From contig OX597837.1 in the NCBI GenBank assembly GCA_951406725.2, forward strand, positions 41,974,001-42,038,000: a stretch of 64,000 nt of DNA. The letters are read 5' to 3'. The stretch comes from Octopus vulgaris. Its lineage: Eukaryota. Both the position numbers and the translations under genes were made by a program. Numbering within the stretch: the first letter of the stretch is position 1; each line of letters begins with the position of its first letter. Shown piece after piece: positions 25,687 to 38,679 of this stretch. The notes beneath the pieces are model-generated. The model saw nothing but the letters and a program-made list of their open reading frames with translations. It was not told the origin of the DNA and made no database searches.

Positions 25687-26889
25687 TAGCTTGAAGCATC
25701 ACACACACACACACACTTACATATCTACAAACTCACGCATGTCTACGCAAACACACACTTACACAAGCACACACCCACAAACACAAACACACACACACAC
25801 ACATGCACACACCCACAAACACAAACACACAAGCACACACCCACATACACACTTACACATGCACACACCCACATATACAAGCACACACCCACAAACACAA
25901 ACGCACACACACACACACACACTTACACAAGCGCACACACACACTTACACATGCACACACACACATGCACACACCCACATACACAGACCGACTCTCTTTT
26001 ACTTCTGAGAGCTAAAACTGATTCAACATGGCTTGAATGCATTCTTTTCTTTTCATGTTTCGCAGATTTTGTCATCCAACTCCACCTCCACCTCCACATC
26101 TAAAGAGACTCTGCCACCAACCACCACCACCACCACCAACCACCACTGCCGCCGCCAACCGCACAATCATTTTATGTCAACTTTGATGTAAATCCAATAG
26201 ATCATATTTCATGACAGACATTCATCCAGTTGTTACAAGCAGATCTTGTTTATCTTAAGCACCAACAAAACAATAAGAAAAATTAAATGGAAAAACGCAC
26301 ACACAAACACACACAAAAAAACCTGTACAAAAGCTTACTGAAGTAGAAGTACTTTTTAAACACTAAAAATAACACTCTAACGAACAATGACATAACATAC
26401 TTTTATAATTAAAAATATTAAATAATTAATACTTAAGAACTGAATTTCAAGTTGGTTCAGAAAGAAGAAAAAAAAATAAACCAGCAAAAGAATAAAATCT
26501 CTGAAAATCAATTTATTCTCATGGAAATAGAAGAGTTTGTAGTACAGTAATTTCGGATTATGTTGGGTTGGTTGGGGCCCGAGATGGTATTGGCTGTCAG
26601 GTATCAAGTAAGATAGAGTAGAGGAGAAGCCCTGTTGGGAATCGTCAACCTAGTCACCAGTCAGTAATACTACAGCTACAAGAAATCTTGGTCAGAAGAT
26701 CTTACTAAACATATTAATTATATTGTGAATCATCAATTTTGTTTTAACGATCACTATGCCATGCTCACTGCAAGTACCTTGGGTAAGTGTCTTGTAATAT
26801 AGCCCCAGGTCAACCAGTACTTGGTGAGGCAATTTGAAAGAATTTCATTGCACATGCACAAACATACACACACACACACATATATATAA

Positions 26890-27326
26890 TGATGGACTTC
26901 TTTCAGTGTCTGTCAACCAAATCCACTCACAAGGCTTTGGTTGGCCCGAGGCTATAATAGAAGACACTTGCCCAAGGTGACACGCAGTGGGACTGAACCT
27001 GGAACCATGTGGTTGGGAAGCAAGCTTCTTACCACACAATCATGTTACACACACACATATATATATCATCATTGTTTAACGTCCACTTTCCATGCTGGCA
27101 TGGGTTGGACGATTTGACTGAGGTCTGGGAAGCTGGTGGGCTGCACCAAGCTCCAATCTGATCTGGTAATGTTTCCCCAGCTGGATGCCCTTCCTAACGC
27201 CAACCACTCTGAGAGTGTAGTGGCTGCTTTTACATGCCACCGACACGGGGGCCAGTCAGGGGGCACTGGCATCGACCACGTTTGGATGGTGCATTTTACG
27301 TGCAGCTGGCATATGAGCCAGGCACT

Positions 27327-27374
<48 letters not shown>

Positions 27375-27655
27375 CACACACATATATATATAGATAGGTA
27401 GATTGATATAGATAAATAGATACAGATGTGTGTGTGTGCATTATGTGGATCTGTGTTTGTCCTCCTCTTCACCACTGTGCAACTGGTGTTGGTTTGTTTA
27501 TGTCCCCTTAGTGATTTGGTTAAAAAAAGAGGTTAATAAAACAAGTATAAAACTAAAAAAAAAAAAGAGTGCTGGGATCAATTTGCTCGACTAAACCCTG
27601 CAAGACATTGCTCCAGCATGGCTGCAGTTCAATGCCTGTAATAAGTAAAAGACGG
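26890..27655. mobile_element. Cluster: SINE-A head (-, 26890-27036), element D (-, 27065-27330), SINE-A tail (+, 27430-27655)
   Basis: Motif matches to the better copies in this window. Confidence 0.8.
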
Positions 27656-27743
27656 AAAAAGACATTTCACTTGACATCATGTCGTAGCTGAGACAGGAAG
27701 GTGGAGGCTGTTTTGGCATTAATTTCTTTTCTCAAAATTCAGA

Positions 27744-28147
27744 GGCGGAGGAGTGGCTGTGTGGTAAGTAGCTTGTTTACCAGCCACATGGTTCCGGGTT
27801 CAGTCCCACTGCCTGGCACCTTGGGCAAGTGTCTTCTACTATAGCCTCGGGCCGACCAAAGCCTTGTGAGTGGATTTGGTAGACGGAAACTGAAAAGAAG
27901 CCCGTCATATATATGTATATATGTGTGTGTGTTTGTGTGTCTGTGTTTGTCCCCCTAGCATTGCTTGACAACCGATGCTGGTGTGTTTATGTCCCCGTAA
28001 CTTAGCAGTTCAGCAAAAGAGACCGATAGAATAAGTACTGGGCTTACAAAAAGGATAAGTCCCGGGGTCGAGATGCTCGATTAAAGGCCATCTTGGCCAC
28101 AGTCAAATGACTGAAACAAGTAAAAGAGTAAAAGAGAGTAAAGAGAG
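27744..28147 (+). mobile_element. SINE-A reference copy: tRNA-derived head, CORE-like motif, central TA/TG microsatellite, (GAGTAAAA)n tail
   Basis: A box TGGCTGTGTGG, B box GGTTCAGTCCC, CACCTTGGGCAAGTG; more than 20 copies or fragments in the window. Confidence 0.92.
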
Positions 28148-28497
28148 TCGAAAACATTTGTGACGAAGTAACTGAAACTAAGCTACTAATGTCGCTTAAT
28201 GGAAACTACAGCACTGCAACAAGCTGTCCACCACAACCACTACCACCAGCACCACATCACCGTTGTGTATGTAAATAGATCAAAGTTATGCTTTTTCATA
28301 AATATGGACAAACAAGAATGGAATCCATATCATTGCCTTTAATTTATAATCCATATTAGTACAAAGCTGCACAAGTGCATTAATACCACAATGGAATAAC
28401 ATTGATTCTGATGGCGCTTCATAATTAACAATTCTTTACATACGTTTAGGTGTGTGCTCACGCATGTGCATATATATGCATGTGTTAGTATATCTAT

Positions 28498-28529
<32 letters not shown>

Positions 28530-28694
28530 ATATACACAGATGTATATACACACACCTGCACGTATATGTTAAGTAAATGGATCGCATTCGGTTTTGACAA
28601 AGGCTATTTCACTTGTTTGATTACCTGAGCTCATTGAATTCCACAAACAGGTATAACCTTTAATGTTATCCTCAAGAAGAACTAGCATGACAAG

Positions 28695-28740
<46 letters not shown>

Positions 28741-28952
28741 AGGTACGCTTTGAATTGTAGTTACAGTTCATCCAAAGAACTCGTGCAACATCTTCCGTCA
28801 ACCCAGCTTCTTATTGCAGTGTTCAGATTGATTCGGGGCTGCGGTAAACCATGGTTGTTTAAGGTTCCAAGGTTCCAAACAAAAGAAATCTAGCAAAGGG
28901 TTTTTTTGATTCTGAATCAAAACAGCTAAACCATTTGGCCATACTGCAACCA

Positions 28953-29022
<70 letters not shown>

Positions 29023-29024
<2 letters not shown>

Positions 29025-29155
29025 GGAGTAAACACATAAATGTGAAACAAGGTGGAAAAAAGAGTACTCAAATACCAGTGGTAGAGTAATATGCTTTATT
29101 TAAAGCAGCAGAAAATCCTACAAAACCTGTTACTCTGAGTTTCACGTTGCCGTTA
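29023..29155 (-). mobile_element. PLE-like end (family P3), 5'-truncated within its hammerhead, inside (TA)n
   Basis: Minus strand ACG-GCAA-CGT-GAAA-CTC-A-GAG-TA-ACAG at 29127-29154; CUGANGA half missing. Confidence 0.6.
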
Positions 29156-29156
29156 A

Positions 29157-29189
<33 letters not shown>

Positions 29190-29193
<4 letters not shown>

Positions 29194-29512
29194 TAAAAAC
29201 GGTAAGATAACAAAAGAAAGAAAGAGACCTCAATATTATGTAAATAGAGGAAATTTATCTGTAAAATAATATGTTACAATTATTTGGTAGCCAAGACAAA
29301 ACTCTGAGTTTCGGATGCCGAGGTGGAAATCCACACCACAATCTCTTCGTATAAAATCTAAAAAATTCCCTCCCAAGATCAAAGGCTTGGAAGATTTCGA
29401 AAGAGATGGCCAGATAACCGAAGAGATGGTGGTGTGGATTTCCACCTTGGCATCTGAAACTCAGAGTTTTATCTTGGCTGCCGAATAATTGTCACATATT
29501 ATTTTATAGATA
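29190..29512. mobile_element. Head-to-head foldback of PLE-like end (family P4), arms 29256-29349 and 29419-29512, inside (TA)n
   Basis: Arms are reverse complements with few mismatches. Confidence 0.8.
29412..29474 (+). ncRNA. Type I hammerhead motif
   Basis: Stem I AGATAA/TTATCT; core CCGAAGA; stem II GATG...CATC with one extra T; GAAA; stem III ACTC-A-GAGT; GUU triplet. Confidence 0.6.
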
Positions 29513-30149
29513 TATATATATGTGTCTGTATTATGCATCAATGTCTACTTGATTTCTAGGGCTGAGGCTGGATGCCCTTCCTAATACTAACCACTTTATA
29601 GTACGTCCAGTACACACACTCTCCCCACCTCTCTCTCTCTTTCCCACATACACATGTATTATTTATTTAAAGCTGAATCCGTGTAAGACCTACCCAGCTT
29701 CTTGTGCAGAGTCTGGCAAGCAGGTAAAAAACAGGAATGAAAAATCTCCAGGTAACACCACATGCAGACCCAGACCAAATATTATTCTGCTCTATCTAAC
29801 ACCATTGAGCACGAAACACACATACACACAACTTCCACTGCAATGGCAAGTATTGTGAGTACCAGATGAATAATGTTCAGCTACTTCTTGCAGCTGCCAA
29901 GTAAAACACACACACGGAAAAAAAAATTCTCAAATACAAAACAACTCCTCAAACAACAGAAAGAGAGAGAGAGAGGGAGAGAGTTTGCTTTGCCTCAAAT
30001 AAATAAAGATGATTGACTATTGATTGATTAACACTCTTGATCACCCAAATGGCTACTTAGAGCATGGGAAAGAGACTATGCTATAAATTATTTAGCCTTT
30101 TGTCTGGATGTGTGTGGAGATGCTCTATGTACACACACACACACGTACA

Positions 30150-30184
<35 letters not shown>

Positions 30185-30477
30185 CTTTTAGCTTTTACTG
30201 GTTTCAACCCTAGTACTTTTTAAGCCTGGTACTTATTCTATCATTCTTTTTTGCCAAACCGCTAAGTTACAGGGATGGAAACACACCCACACCGGTTATC
30301 AAGACATGAAACCCCACCACAAAAACCCAGAAACATCAGAGGATCCACATGGCACATCGTAAAACTATACTTACGGAATCCTTAAAGTACCATTTCGACA
30401 TCAAGGAATGGCAGTTCAACACACAAAGTTAAACCATTGTACATACAGACACACACACACACATCCATTCATCATAC

Positions 30478-30650
30478 CACCATCATTTAACATCTACTTT
30501 TCTATGCTTACATGGGTCAGATGGTATTTGTTGGGGTAAATTTTCTACGACCAGATACCCTTACTGTTGCCTACTCTAAACTATTTCCAAGCAAGGCGAT
30601 ATTTTCCTGTAGTCAGACATGTTTTCTGTGGATGACTGGAAGCTAAAACC
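30478..30650 (-). mobile_element. Tail module E (RTE-like, related to the D tail), diverged
   Basis: CATCATTTAACATCTACTTTTCTATGCTTACATGGGTCAGATGG; matches 52575-52960 and 56290-56488. Confidence 0.65.
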
Positions 30651-30689
30651 ATTGTCTTGTTGCCTTTATTGAACTCATAAAGCAAAATA

Positions 30690-31012
30690 TGCAGAATATC
30701 TCTTGTGGAAGCGTCATCCAACCAAAATGCAAATATATGGGAAATTACCACCTGTGTCATCTTTTGTGAAAGGTAGAAGAGTCCAGTTTGCTGGACATTG
30801 TTGTAGAGCTGGAAAAGAAGTAATTTCTACTCTTCTCCTCTGGAAGCCATCTACTCGCAATACCAGAGGGCCCACACTCTCCTACCCTGATGTAATCTCC
30901 AGGGATACAGGCATCCAGTAACAGGACCTCCGTAATGCCATGATGGACCGTGAAGTCTGGCGTAGCATGGTAAATTCCATTGTCTCGACCACGGTCGAAC
31001 AATGATGATGAT
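30690..31012 (+). mobile_element. RTE-clade (RTE-X-like) LINE 3' fragment
   Basis: WKRHPTKMQIYGKLPPVSSFVKGRRVQFAGHCCR...LLLWKP...YPDVISRDTG..*QDLRNAMMDREVWR, typical RTE C-terminus; internal stop; (TGA)n tail. Confidence 0.85.
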
Positions 31013-31967
31013 AGCTTTGAAAAAATTAACTTAAAATCAAACTGCACTCTTCAAAGCTCGCACCAAGAATAAGGACAAGATAAAGTTACTACCTGCTTTT
31101 ACAGCAAGTTGATGCAGGTAGTTTATCCTGAATATGTGCTGCAGATGTTGGGATGCATCTAATATGCTGTGTAATCTTTTACACCATCAAATATGTGTAT
31201 AGACACCACACACTGGTTATATAGCCTGCTACTAATACTTAAACTAATAACAATGTTTGGGGAAAGTCTGGAGACTAAAGTTGGTTCCGGCAACACAAGA
31301 AGAAGAAGGAGTAAAAATAACAAACAAACAAAACCAAAAACAACAACAGTGTGTGGTGGTGGTGGTGGTGGGAGGAGGGACGGGAGTGAAGGGTGTAGTT
31401 TACGGATGATGGACATTAACCACGATCAAACTGGTCTGTATTAACAGAATAAATCAACCAAGATAATATGCCATTCTAATACATAATCTGCAGAGATAGG
31501 TTTGGCAACATTTCTAAACTAATAAATGGTTATTTAAAAAAAAAAAATAAAATAAAAAAAATTAAAATAAAAATTAAAATAAAAAAAAAGTTGCATTATC
31601 AAAGAAACAGACTTGTGTTCTTTATTTTTATTTCTAGCTTTTGTTTTGTGTGTTAACAGTTGTGGTTGGTTGCTTGGTTGGTTATTGTCCTCACCACCAC
31701 CACCACCGCCACAGCCACCACCACCAGTTCTATTGATGGAACATGAATCAGCATCCCTTCATCTCCGTGAAGGATGAGATGAACATCACTCCAAGAACTC
31801 CGCGTCTGACTCATTACAGAAGCCTGAAAATTGGTGTAATTTGATATTGTCCAATAATAGCCATTATTATCAAATATCCAAATAGCGTTCTTTTTCAATA
31901 AACGTCAAATGTTTATCCATCTCTATTTATACATACACCCACTTATCCAGATATCTGCCTACGTGTG

Positions 31968-32015
<48 letters not shown>

Positions 32016-32197
32016 GAAGTAAGGCAAATTTACTAGTGTGTGCTTTTAGTAAGCACACCCTGCTGTGAAAAGCAAATACTATAATTAAACCACAGGCTTC
32101 TCTCTGTTTCTGTGACGAAAACCTGATTGATCTGGCTAAGTAAGTTCTGGTATGGGGATATGATGTACCCTTGTGGCACATAGCTTGTGCATCTACC

Positions 32198-32428
32198 TAT
32201 TTCTTTATTACCCACAAGGGGCTAAACACAGAGGGGACAAACTAGGACAGACATAGGTATTAAGTCAATTACATCGACTCCAGTGCATAACTGGTACTTA
32301 ATTTATCAACCCCGAAAGGATGAAAGGCAAAGTTGACCTCGGCGGAATTTGAACTCACAACGTAACGACAGACGAAATACAGCTACACATTTCGCCCGAC
32401 GTGCTAACATTACTGCCAGCTCGCCGCC
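32198..32428 (-). mobile_element. SINE-C full length
   Basis: Matches 16062-16292. Confidence 0.9.
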
Positions 32429-32789
32429 CTACCGTTTGTCAGTATCTGCTCAGGTCATCCTAGGTAACCCTCGAAGCAGTGCCCCAGACAGTTCTCATCC
32501 CTGTGAGGTACTTCCTCATCCACTGCGACCATGTGGCATGCAGGCAGCCAACCAACATGAGCCATGTCACCCAGGCTCTGATCTGATTAGCTTCAGTATT
32601 TATTGTTGCTTCAACAGCGATTAGTTACATATTCCAGTCTATAGGAATGTAGCACTCCATCGGATAAGATGATGAGGGTTCCAGTGTATGTATGTGCGCG
32701 TGCGCATGCATGCATGTATATGTGATTGCGCAAGTGTGTTTATATTAGTGTTGGGTGAGAACTAATACATTTTTAATAGAAATACTTTG

Positions 32790-33295
32790 CAGATGTGGCT
32801 GTGAGGTCTTGGGTTTAGTCCCACTACACAGCACCTTGGACATACTTCGAAATTCTGAGCATATTCATAAATGTTCAGGTACAGGAATGACTGGGTAGTT
32901 AAAAAGCGCATTTTGCAACCATGGGATTTTGGGTTCAGTCCCACTGCACAGTACTTTGGGCAAGTGCTTTCTACTATAGCTCCAGACAAACCAATACATA
33001 TATACATATATGTATGTGTATATATACATATATATACATATGTGTATGTATACATATATACATATATGTATGTGTATATATACATATATATACGTATATG
33101 TATGTGTATATATACATATATATATACATGTGTATGTATACATATATATACATATGTGTATGTATACATATATATGCATATATACATATGTGTATGTGTA
33201 TGTATACATATATATATACATATATGTATGCGTATGTATACATATATATACATATATACATATGTGTATGTATACACATATACATGTGTATGTGT

Positions 33296-33340
<45 letters not shown>

Positions 33341-33650
33341 TGTATGTGTATGTATACATATATATACATATATACATATGTGTATGCGTATATATACATA
33401 TATATATATGTATGTATACACACACACACACACATATATATACACACATGCAAACGAGTGTATGGGTGTATATGATTGTCCCTGCTTACACCATCACTTG
33501 ACGACCAGTGTTAGCAGTTTACGTCCTAGCAACTTAGCGGTTTGGATAGGAGATCGACAGACATAAAAAAATAAACACTCGGGTTAATTTGTTCAACTAA
33601 AACCCTACAAGGTGGTTGCCCCAGCATGGCTGCAATTTAACGACAAACAA
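32790..33650 (+). mobile_element. Diverged SINE-A (two heads) with central microsatellite expanded to about 450 bp (32996-33447)
   Basis: GGGTT(T/C)AGTCCCACT twice; tail CCCCAGCATGGCTGCA. Confidence 0.7.
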
Positions 33651-34215
33651 GGGGAAAAAAAAAAAACAAAAATCAAAAAGAAAAGTTGTTATTGATTCTG
33701 TTCGATCAGAAGATGCAATAATTTTGTATCTGCGAGGCATGGATTAGATGCCTCCACACCATAATATAATAGTAGCGATTTGGTTACGATAAGAGATATT
33801 AATAATACAGCTGTTGCTAGATAGAGCATCACTGTTAATTAGTGACGACATTCAAATAAAGCCTTGCCTTTGATTTCAAATTGAACCCTATCCAATAAAA
33901 CAACAATCTCAGCGAGAGATATTTTCCCCCCTTAAATAAAAAATAATGGAATACAATATAGAGTAACGGAACTTTTTAGTCATGTTATTAGATTTGGCTA
34001 ATCAAAAGATAAAATCTTAACGATTTAATAAGGCATTAAAACTGTTCACAACAACCTCTACTCCCCCCACCACCACCACCACACTACACATGCGTGTGTG
34101 CTGAAACTGTGATGATATGTGATCGATAACTGATGAGGGACTGAGCATGTTCATGTCCATTGTGAGCATGTGAATTCCTCTTGTTGTTATATGCCACACA
34201 CACACACACATATTT

Positions 34216-34480
34216 AATTGCAGTTTGGAGGGTGTTTATAAGCCATTTAAAAACGCACAAAAACCATTAGATTCCGTGCTGCGCAGAATTTTGTCAGTGA
34301 ACAGGACGCGGTTTCAAATCGACAAATATATTTTGACAAATTAAATTTAAATGTTGAAGTGAATCTAATGGTTTTTGTGTTTTTAAATGGCTTATAAACA
34401 CCCTTCCACGCTGCAATTGTTTTTGTTTCAGCACACGATCTTAGATCAGGTCACTTGCTATGCAAGTACATCACTGTAAT
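34216..34480. mobile_element. Foldback element FB copy 3 (left arm internally deleted, right arm complete)
   Basis: Spacer CCGTGCTGCG, then TTTTGTCAGTGAACAGG; right end GCAAGTACATCACTGTAAT is the reverse complement of the left end of copy 2. Confidence 0.8.
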
Positions 34481-34559
34481 AAATATATATATAGTTTAAT
34501 AATATATATATAATAATATATATATATATATATTTATTATATATATATTATTAAAAGTT

Positions 34560-34703
34560 TACAATGTCAAGCGGATAATTCATATTTTTAAAATAGTTTC
34601 ACTCAAATTTGACGTCAATGTTACTTAGTTTGCTTTGAAATAAAGAGCTTGATTAGCTTAATAATCCTAACTTAATCCCGAGCAAAGCCGGGCAAACTGC
34701 TAG
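34560..34703 (+). mobile_element. Helitron 3' end fragment; 5' boundary uncertain
   Basis: CCCGAGCAAAGCCGGGCAAACTGCTAG matches the 3' hairpin and CTAG of the 49333 and 61737 copies. Confidence 0.6.
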
Positions 34704-34734
34704 AGTATATATACACACACATATTTATGCATAT

Positions 34735-34985
34735 ATATACATATATGTGTGTGTATTTGTGTGTCTATGTTTGTCTCCATCCACCATCGCTTGACAACCA
34801 ATATTGGTGTGTTCCCCTAAGTTCCCCTAACTTAGTGGTTCGACAAAAAAGAGACCGATAGAATAAGTACTAGGCTTACAAAGAATAAGTCCTGGGATCA
34901 ATTTTTTTTTACTAAAAACCCTTTAAAGTGGTGCTCTAGCATGGCTTCAGTCAAATGACTGAAACAAATATAAGAATAAAAGAAT
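34735..34985 (+). mobile_element. SINE-A 3' half
   Basis: GAGACCGATAGAATAAGTACTAGGCTTACAAAGAATAAGTCC...GACTGAAACAAATATAAG. Confidence 0.85.
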
Positions 34986-35284
34986 ATATTTGTCTTTCTA
35001 GTGCAGATACCATGCTAAAATGCACCCAGTTCATATTGTATGGTGACTGGTGACCGGAAGGATATCCGAGAAGAAGGAAAAAAAACCCTGACTCATACAA
35101 TAACAAAGAAAGCTGGTGACTTTCTTTGTTATTGTATATAATAGATGACTAAGGACTGCGGATCTTGCATCTTATGCTAATGTGTCAAAATAGGTGAGAA
35201 ATAATATCATGATGACCGTAAATAAAGTATTTGAGAAACAGTCAATAAATGGGTTTTATTTGCTAAAACATTTTGAGAGCATAC

Positions 35285-35324
<40 letters not shown>

Positions 35325-36787
35325 ATGTTTAGATATTCACACACAAACACACACATATATATATACACACACACACACACTTCGTTTTTGTATCTGGTTT
35401 GCAAGATTCTTTATGTGAATTTGTGTGTTGAAGCAAATTTTGTCGTGTCTGGAGAGAGTCTTCCATGAACAACCTCGCCCAGACTTGTACCTCAGAGAGG
35501 AACTTTCTAGGTGCAATCCCATGGTCATTCATGACTAGACCAGAGGGGGTCATTAGCCTTTTATATGCACCACAAGTCAATTTGAGAGGTTCTCTCGTGG
35601 TAAATAATGCAACATTGTGTTCTAACACAACACCCAGTTTTAAAGTGGAGATAAATATTACATTTAAATGTATGTGTGTGTGTGTGTGTGTATAAGTTTG
35701 GTGATGCAAACAGGAAAGTAGAGCTCAAAACATATGTGTGTGTGTGTGTGTGATCACACAGCTTCCGAAGCAGCAAGTGTTGGTTTGTGTTGGCAACATT
35801 TATATTATGCAGTAAAATTGATAAAAAGAGGACAGTGGAATTGCTGTGAGGAATGGGAAAATCCAATGCGTCAGAGAGTGCCTTTCTTCAAAGAAAATTT
35901 GAAAGGAGAGAAATTGATGAGGGACAGCAAAGTCATACATCATCCAAATAAAAAAAATAAAAAATACTGGCTGGAAATGATAAGGAATGCAGGGCCACAT
36001 GAGCTTCATATGTAAACAAGAATTGACGTGAGAAACAAACGGCAAGAGACGAAAGAAGGAGAAAATAAGGAAATGAGAAAAAGGCAAAGTCCAGACTGGG
36101 GTAAAGGGAAAAGATGAGGGGAGGGGAGAGTAGGAGGATAAGAAAAGAGTTAATGAACTAAGAGGAGGTGTAGGAGTAGGAGGAGGTGACATGGTGCCAA
36201 GTTTGAGTATGAAATGTTGTTCCCTGTGTTTCCTTGAGAACGTGGACCCATGGTGTGCAGCGATGCACACACACTGATACATGAGTGACGGAATGGCTGG
36301 TAGTGATGACGTGGATGGCGTGCCTCTGTGTATGTGTGTGATTATTGTATATCTTTTATTTTACTTATTTCAGTCATTTGACTGTGACCATGCTGGGGCA
36401 CCGTTCTGAAGAATCTTTATTCAAATGAATCAAGCTTAGTACTTATTAGGTGCAAATAAGTGAAACTATTTATTAGCATCAACAGGTGCAAGAGTGGCAG
36501 TATGGTAAGTAGCTTGCTTACCAGCCACATGGTTATGGGTTCAGTCCTACTGCATGGCATCTTGGGCAAGTGTCTTCTACTATAGCCTCGGGCCAACCAA
36601 AGCCTTCTGCTTTAAAATAAGTACATCATATCCTTGTGAGCCATAAGGGGTTGGCTGAAAGGGCAGGTGGTAGAATGACATCCAACAGCAAAACACTGGC
36701 TCAGAAAAGCAGTTCAACCCATACCAGCAGGGAAAATCAGATGTAAAGCAATGATGATGATATACATTTATATATATATATGTATAT

Positions 36788-37326
36788 ATGGCGTCCGTGC
36801 TAGCAGGGTGCAAAGAGCACCATACGAGTGTGATCATTGACAGAGCGGCTAACTGGCTTCTGTGCCAGTGGCACTTAAAAAGGCACCATTCGAGCCTGAT
36901 CGTTACCAGCGTCGCCTTACTGGCACTCGAGCCCCGTGTTAGTAGGGTATTAAGAACACCATCCGAGCGTGATTGTTGCCAGAGCGGCTATCTGGCCACC
37001 GTGCCAGTGGCACATAAAAGAGCACCATTCGAGCGTGATCATTACCAATGTCGCCTTACTGGCACCTGTGCCAGTGGCATGTGTAAAAGTTTCAAGTAAG
37101 GTGGTTGCCAGTACCACCTGACTGGCCCCGTGCCAGTGGCATGTAAAAGCACCCACTACACTCTCAGAGTGGTTGGTGTTAGAAAGGGCATCCAGCTGTA
37201 GAAACTCTGCCAGATCAAGATTGAAGCCTGGTGCAGCCATCTGGTTCGCCAGCCCTCAGTCAAAATCGTCCAACCCATGCTAGCATGGAAAGTAGACGTT
37301 AAACGATGATGATGATGATGATGATA
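36788..37326 (+). mobile_element. Element D with diverged, roughly alternating 5' units
   Basis: Repeats of GTGCCAGTGGCAC..AAAA..GCACCATTCGAGC; constant tail and (GAT)n. Confidence 0.88.
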
Positions 37327-37651
37327 TATATTAGCTACAATAACACAAGAAACTAATTAATTATTCTAATCAACAAGAATCTTGTAGACTTATTCTCCCG
37401 CAAGTCAAACATATGTGAACATAACTCAATGTTTTTTTAGTTTCTTTCTTTATTTTTTCTAAAGTTCTGCCTTTTCCCATGTTTTGTTTTCAACATTCAA
37501 GCGATCGCAATCGGAGATAGAATGAATTTCAAAACACAATCATTCAGAACGAACAAACGAGCCATCTTTTGCCAAGTGATTAATTACGGTATCATATATA
37601 AATTATTATCTATCATGTAGATATATTACTTCTTCAGTAAAGTAGTAGTAA

Positions 37652-37687
<36 letters not shown>

Positions 37688-37999
37688 GTGAGGAGAAAAT
37701 GGTAACTGCAGTTGTTTGCTTCAAATTTCTTTATTAAAAATAATTATCTTCGTTAGCATCTTGCCAAAAACGTTAAATAACAACATGACAAGACTAAACA
37801 AGGTAAATTTGAAGGGCAGATAAAAATATTAACTGCTGATAAAATTGCAATTCAAATGAAATGGTGGCAGTGGTGGTGGTGGTGGTGGAGAATGTCTTGA
37901 TAACTGGAAAAGTTAAGAATATGACAAAAACACACGTGTGTGTTTGTGTGTAATAAAAGACAACACTGTTTCTTTATTTTTCTGAAACGAATACACACA

Positions 38000-38036
<37 letters not shown>

Positions 38037-38227
38037 ATATATAACAACATATATATATATATATGTTGTTATATATAACTTGAGAGAAGTTGAGTTATAT
38101 ATATAAAACAATTTAGCATTAATACCTTTTAGTATTTATTAAATTTTTACAAGAGGAGGGACAATAACTTTCAAGTTCAGAGTTACTAGCACATACATGT
38201 ATATGTGTGTGTGTGTATATATATATA

Positions 38228-38361
38228 TCATCATCATCATCGTTTAACGTCCGTTCTCCATGCTAGCATGGGTTGGACGGTTCGACCGGGGATCTGGAAA
38301 GCCAGAAGGCTGCACCAGGCTCCAGTCTTATCTGGCAGTGTTTCTACAGCTGGATGCCCTT

Positions 38362-38363
<2 letters not shown>
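38228..38363 (-). mobile_element. Element D 3' fragment
   Basis: CATCATCGTTTAACGTCC...GGATGCCCTTCC. Confidence 0.8.
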
Positions 38364-38406
<43 letters not shown>

Positions 38407-38410
<4 letters not shown>

Positions 38411-38645
38411 TTCAGCAAAATTTAGATTCAGATGAATATGGTACTTAAGTTAAAGGCACCAGAATTTGCACCATGAAATAAGTATAAAAATGTACATTGT
38501 CCATTTAATTAAAAAATTCTATATGTGGCTGAAGATTGCTCGACATTTTAAAACTGATGTAATACTTACAGTGTTTAATAAAATAAAGTATCATGAAACG
38601 ATTGTACTACACTACCTTGGATATCCTTGTTGCTTATTTTGATTT

Positions 38646-38647
<2 letters not shown>
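38407..38647 (+). mobile_element. PLE-like end (family P2) inside (TA)n, with hammerhead motif at 38524-38611
   Basis: TGTGG-CTGAAGA-...-GAAA-CGATTG-TA-CTACA; 38408-38467 is the reverse complement of about 7557-7616. Confidence 0.75.

Positions 38648-38679
<32 letters not shown>

Noticed and set aside
31653-31898. Minus-strand ORF with possible acceptor TTTTCAG near 31824
   Set aside because: No recognisable homology; it runs into a (GTG)n repeat and the polypyrimidine tract is weak.
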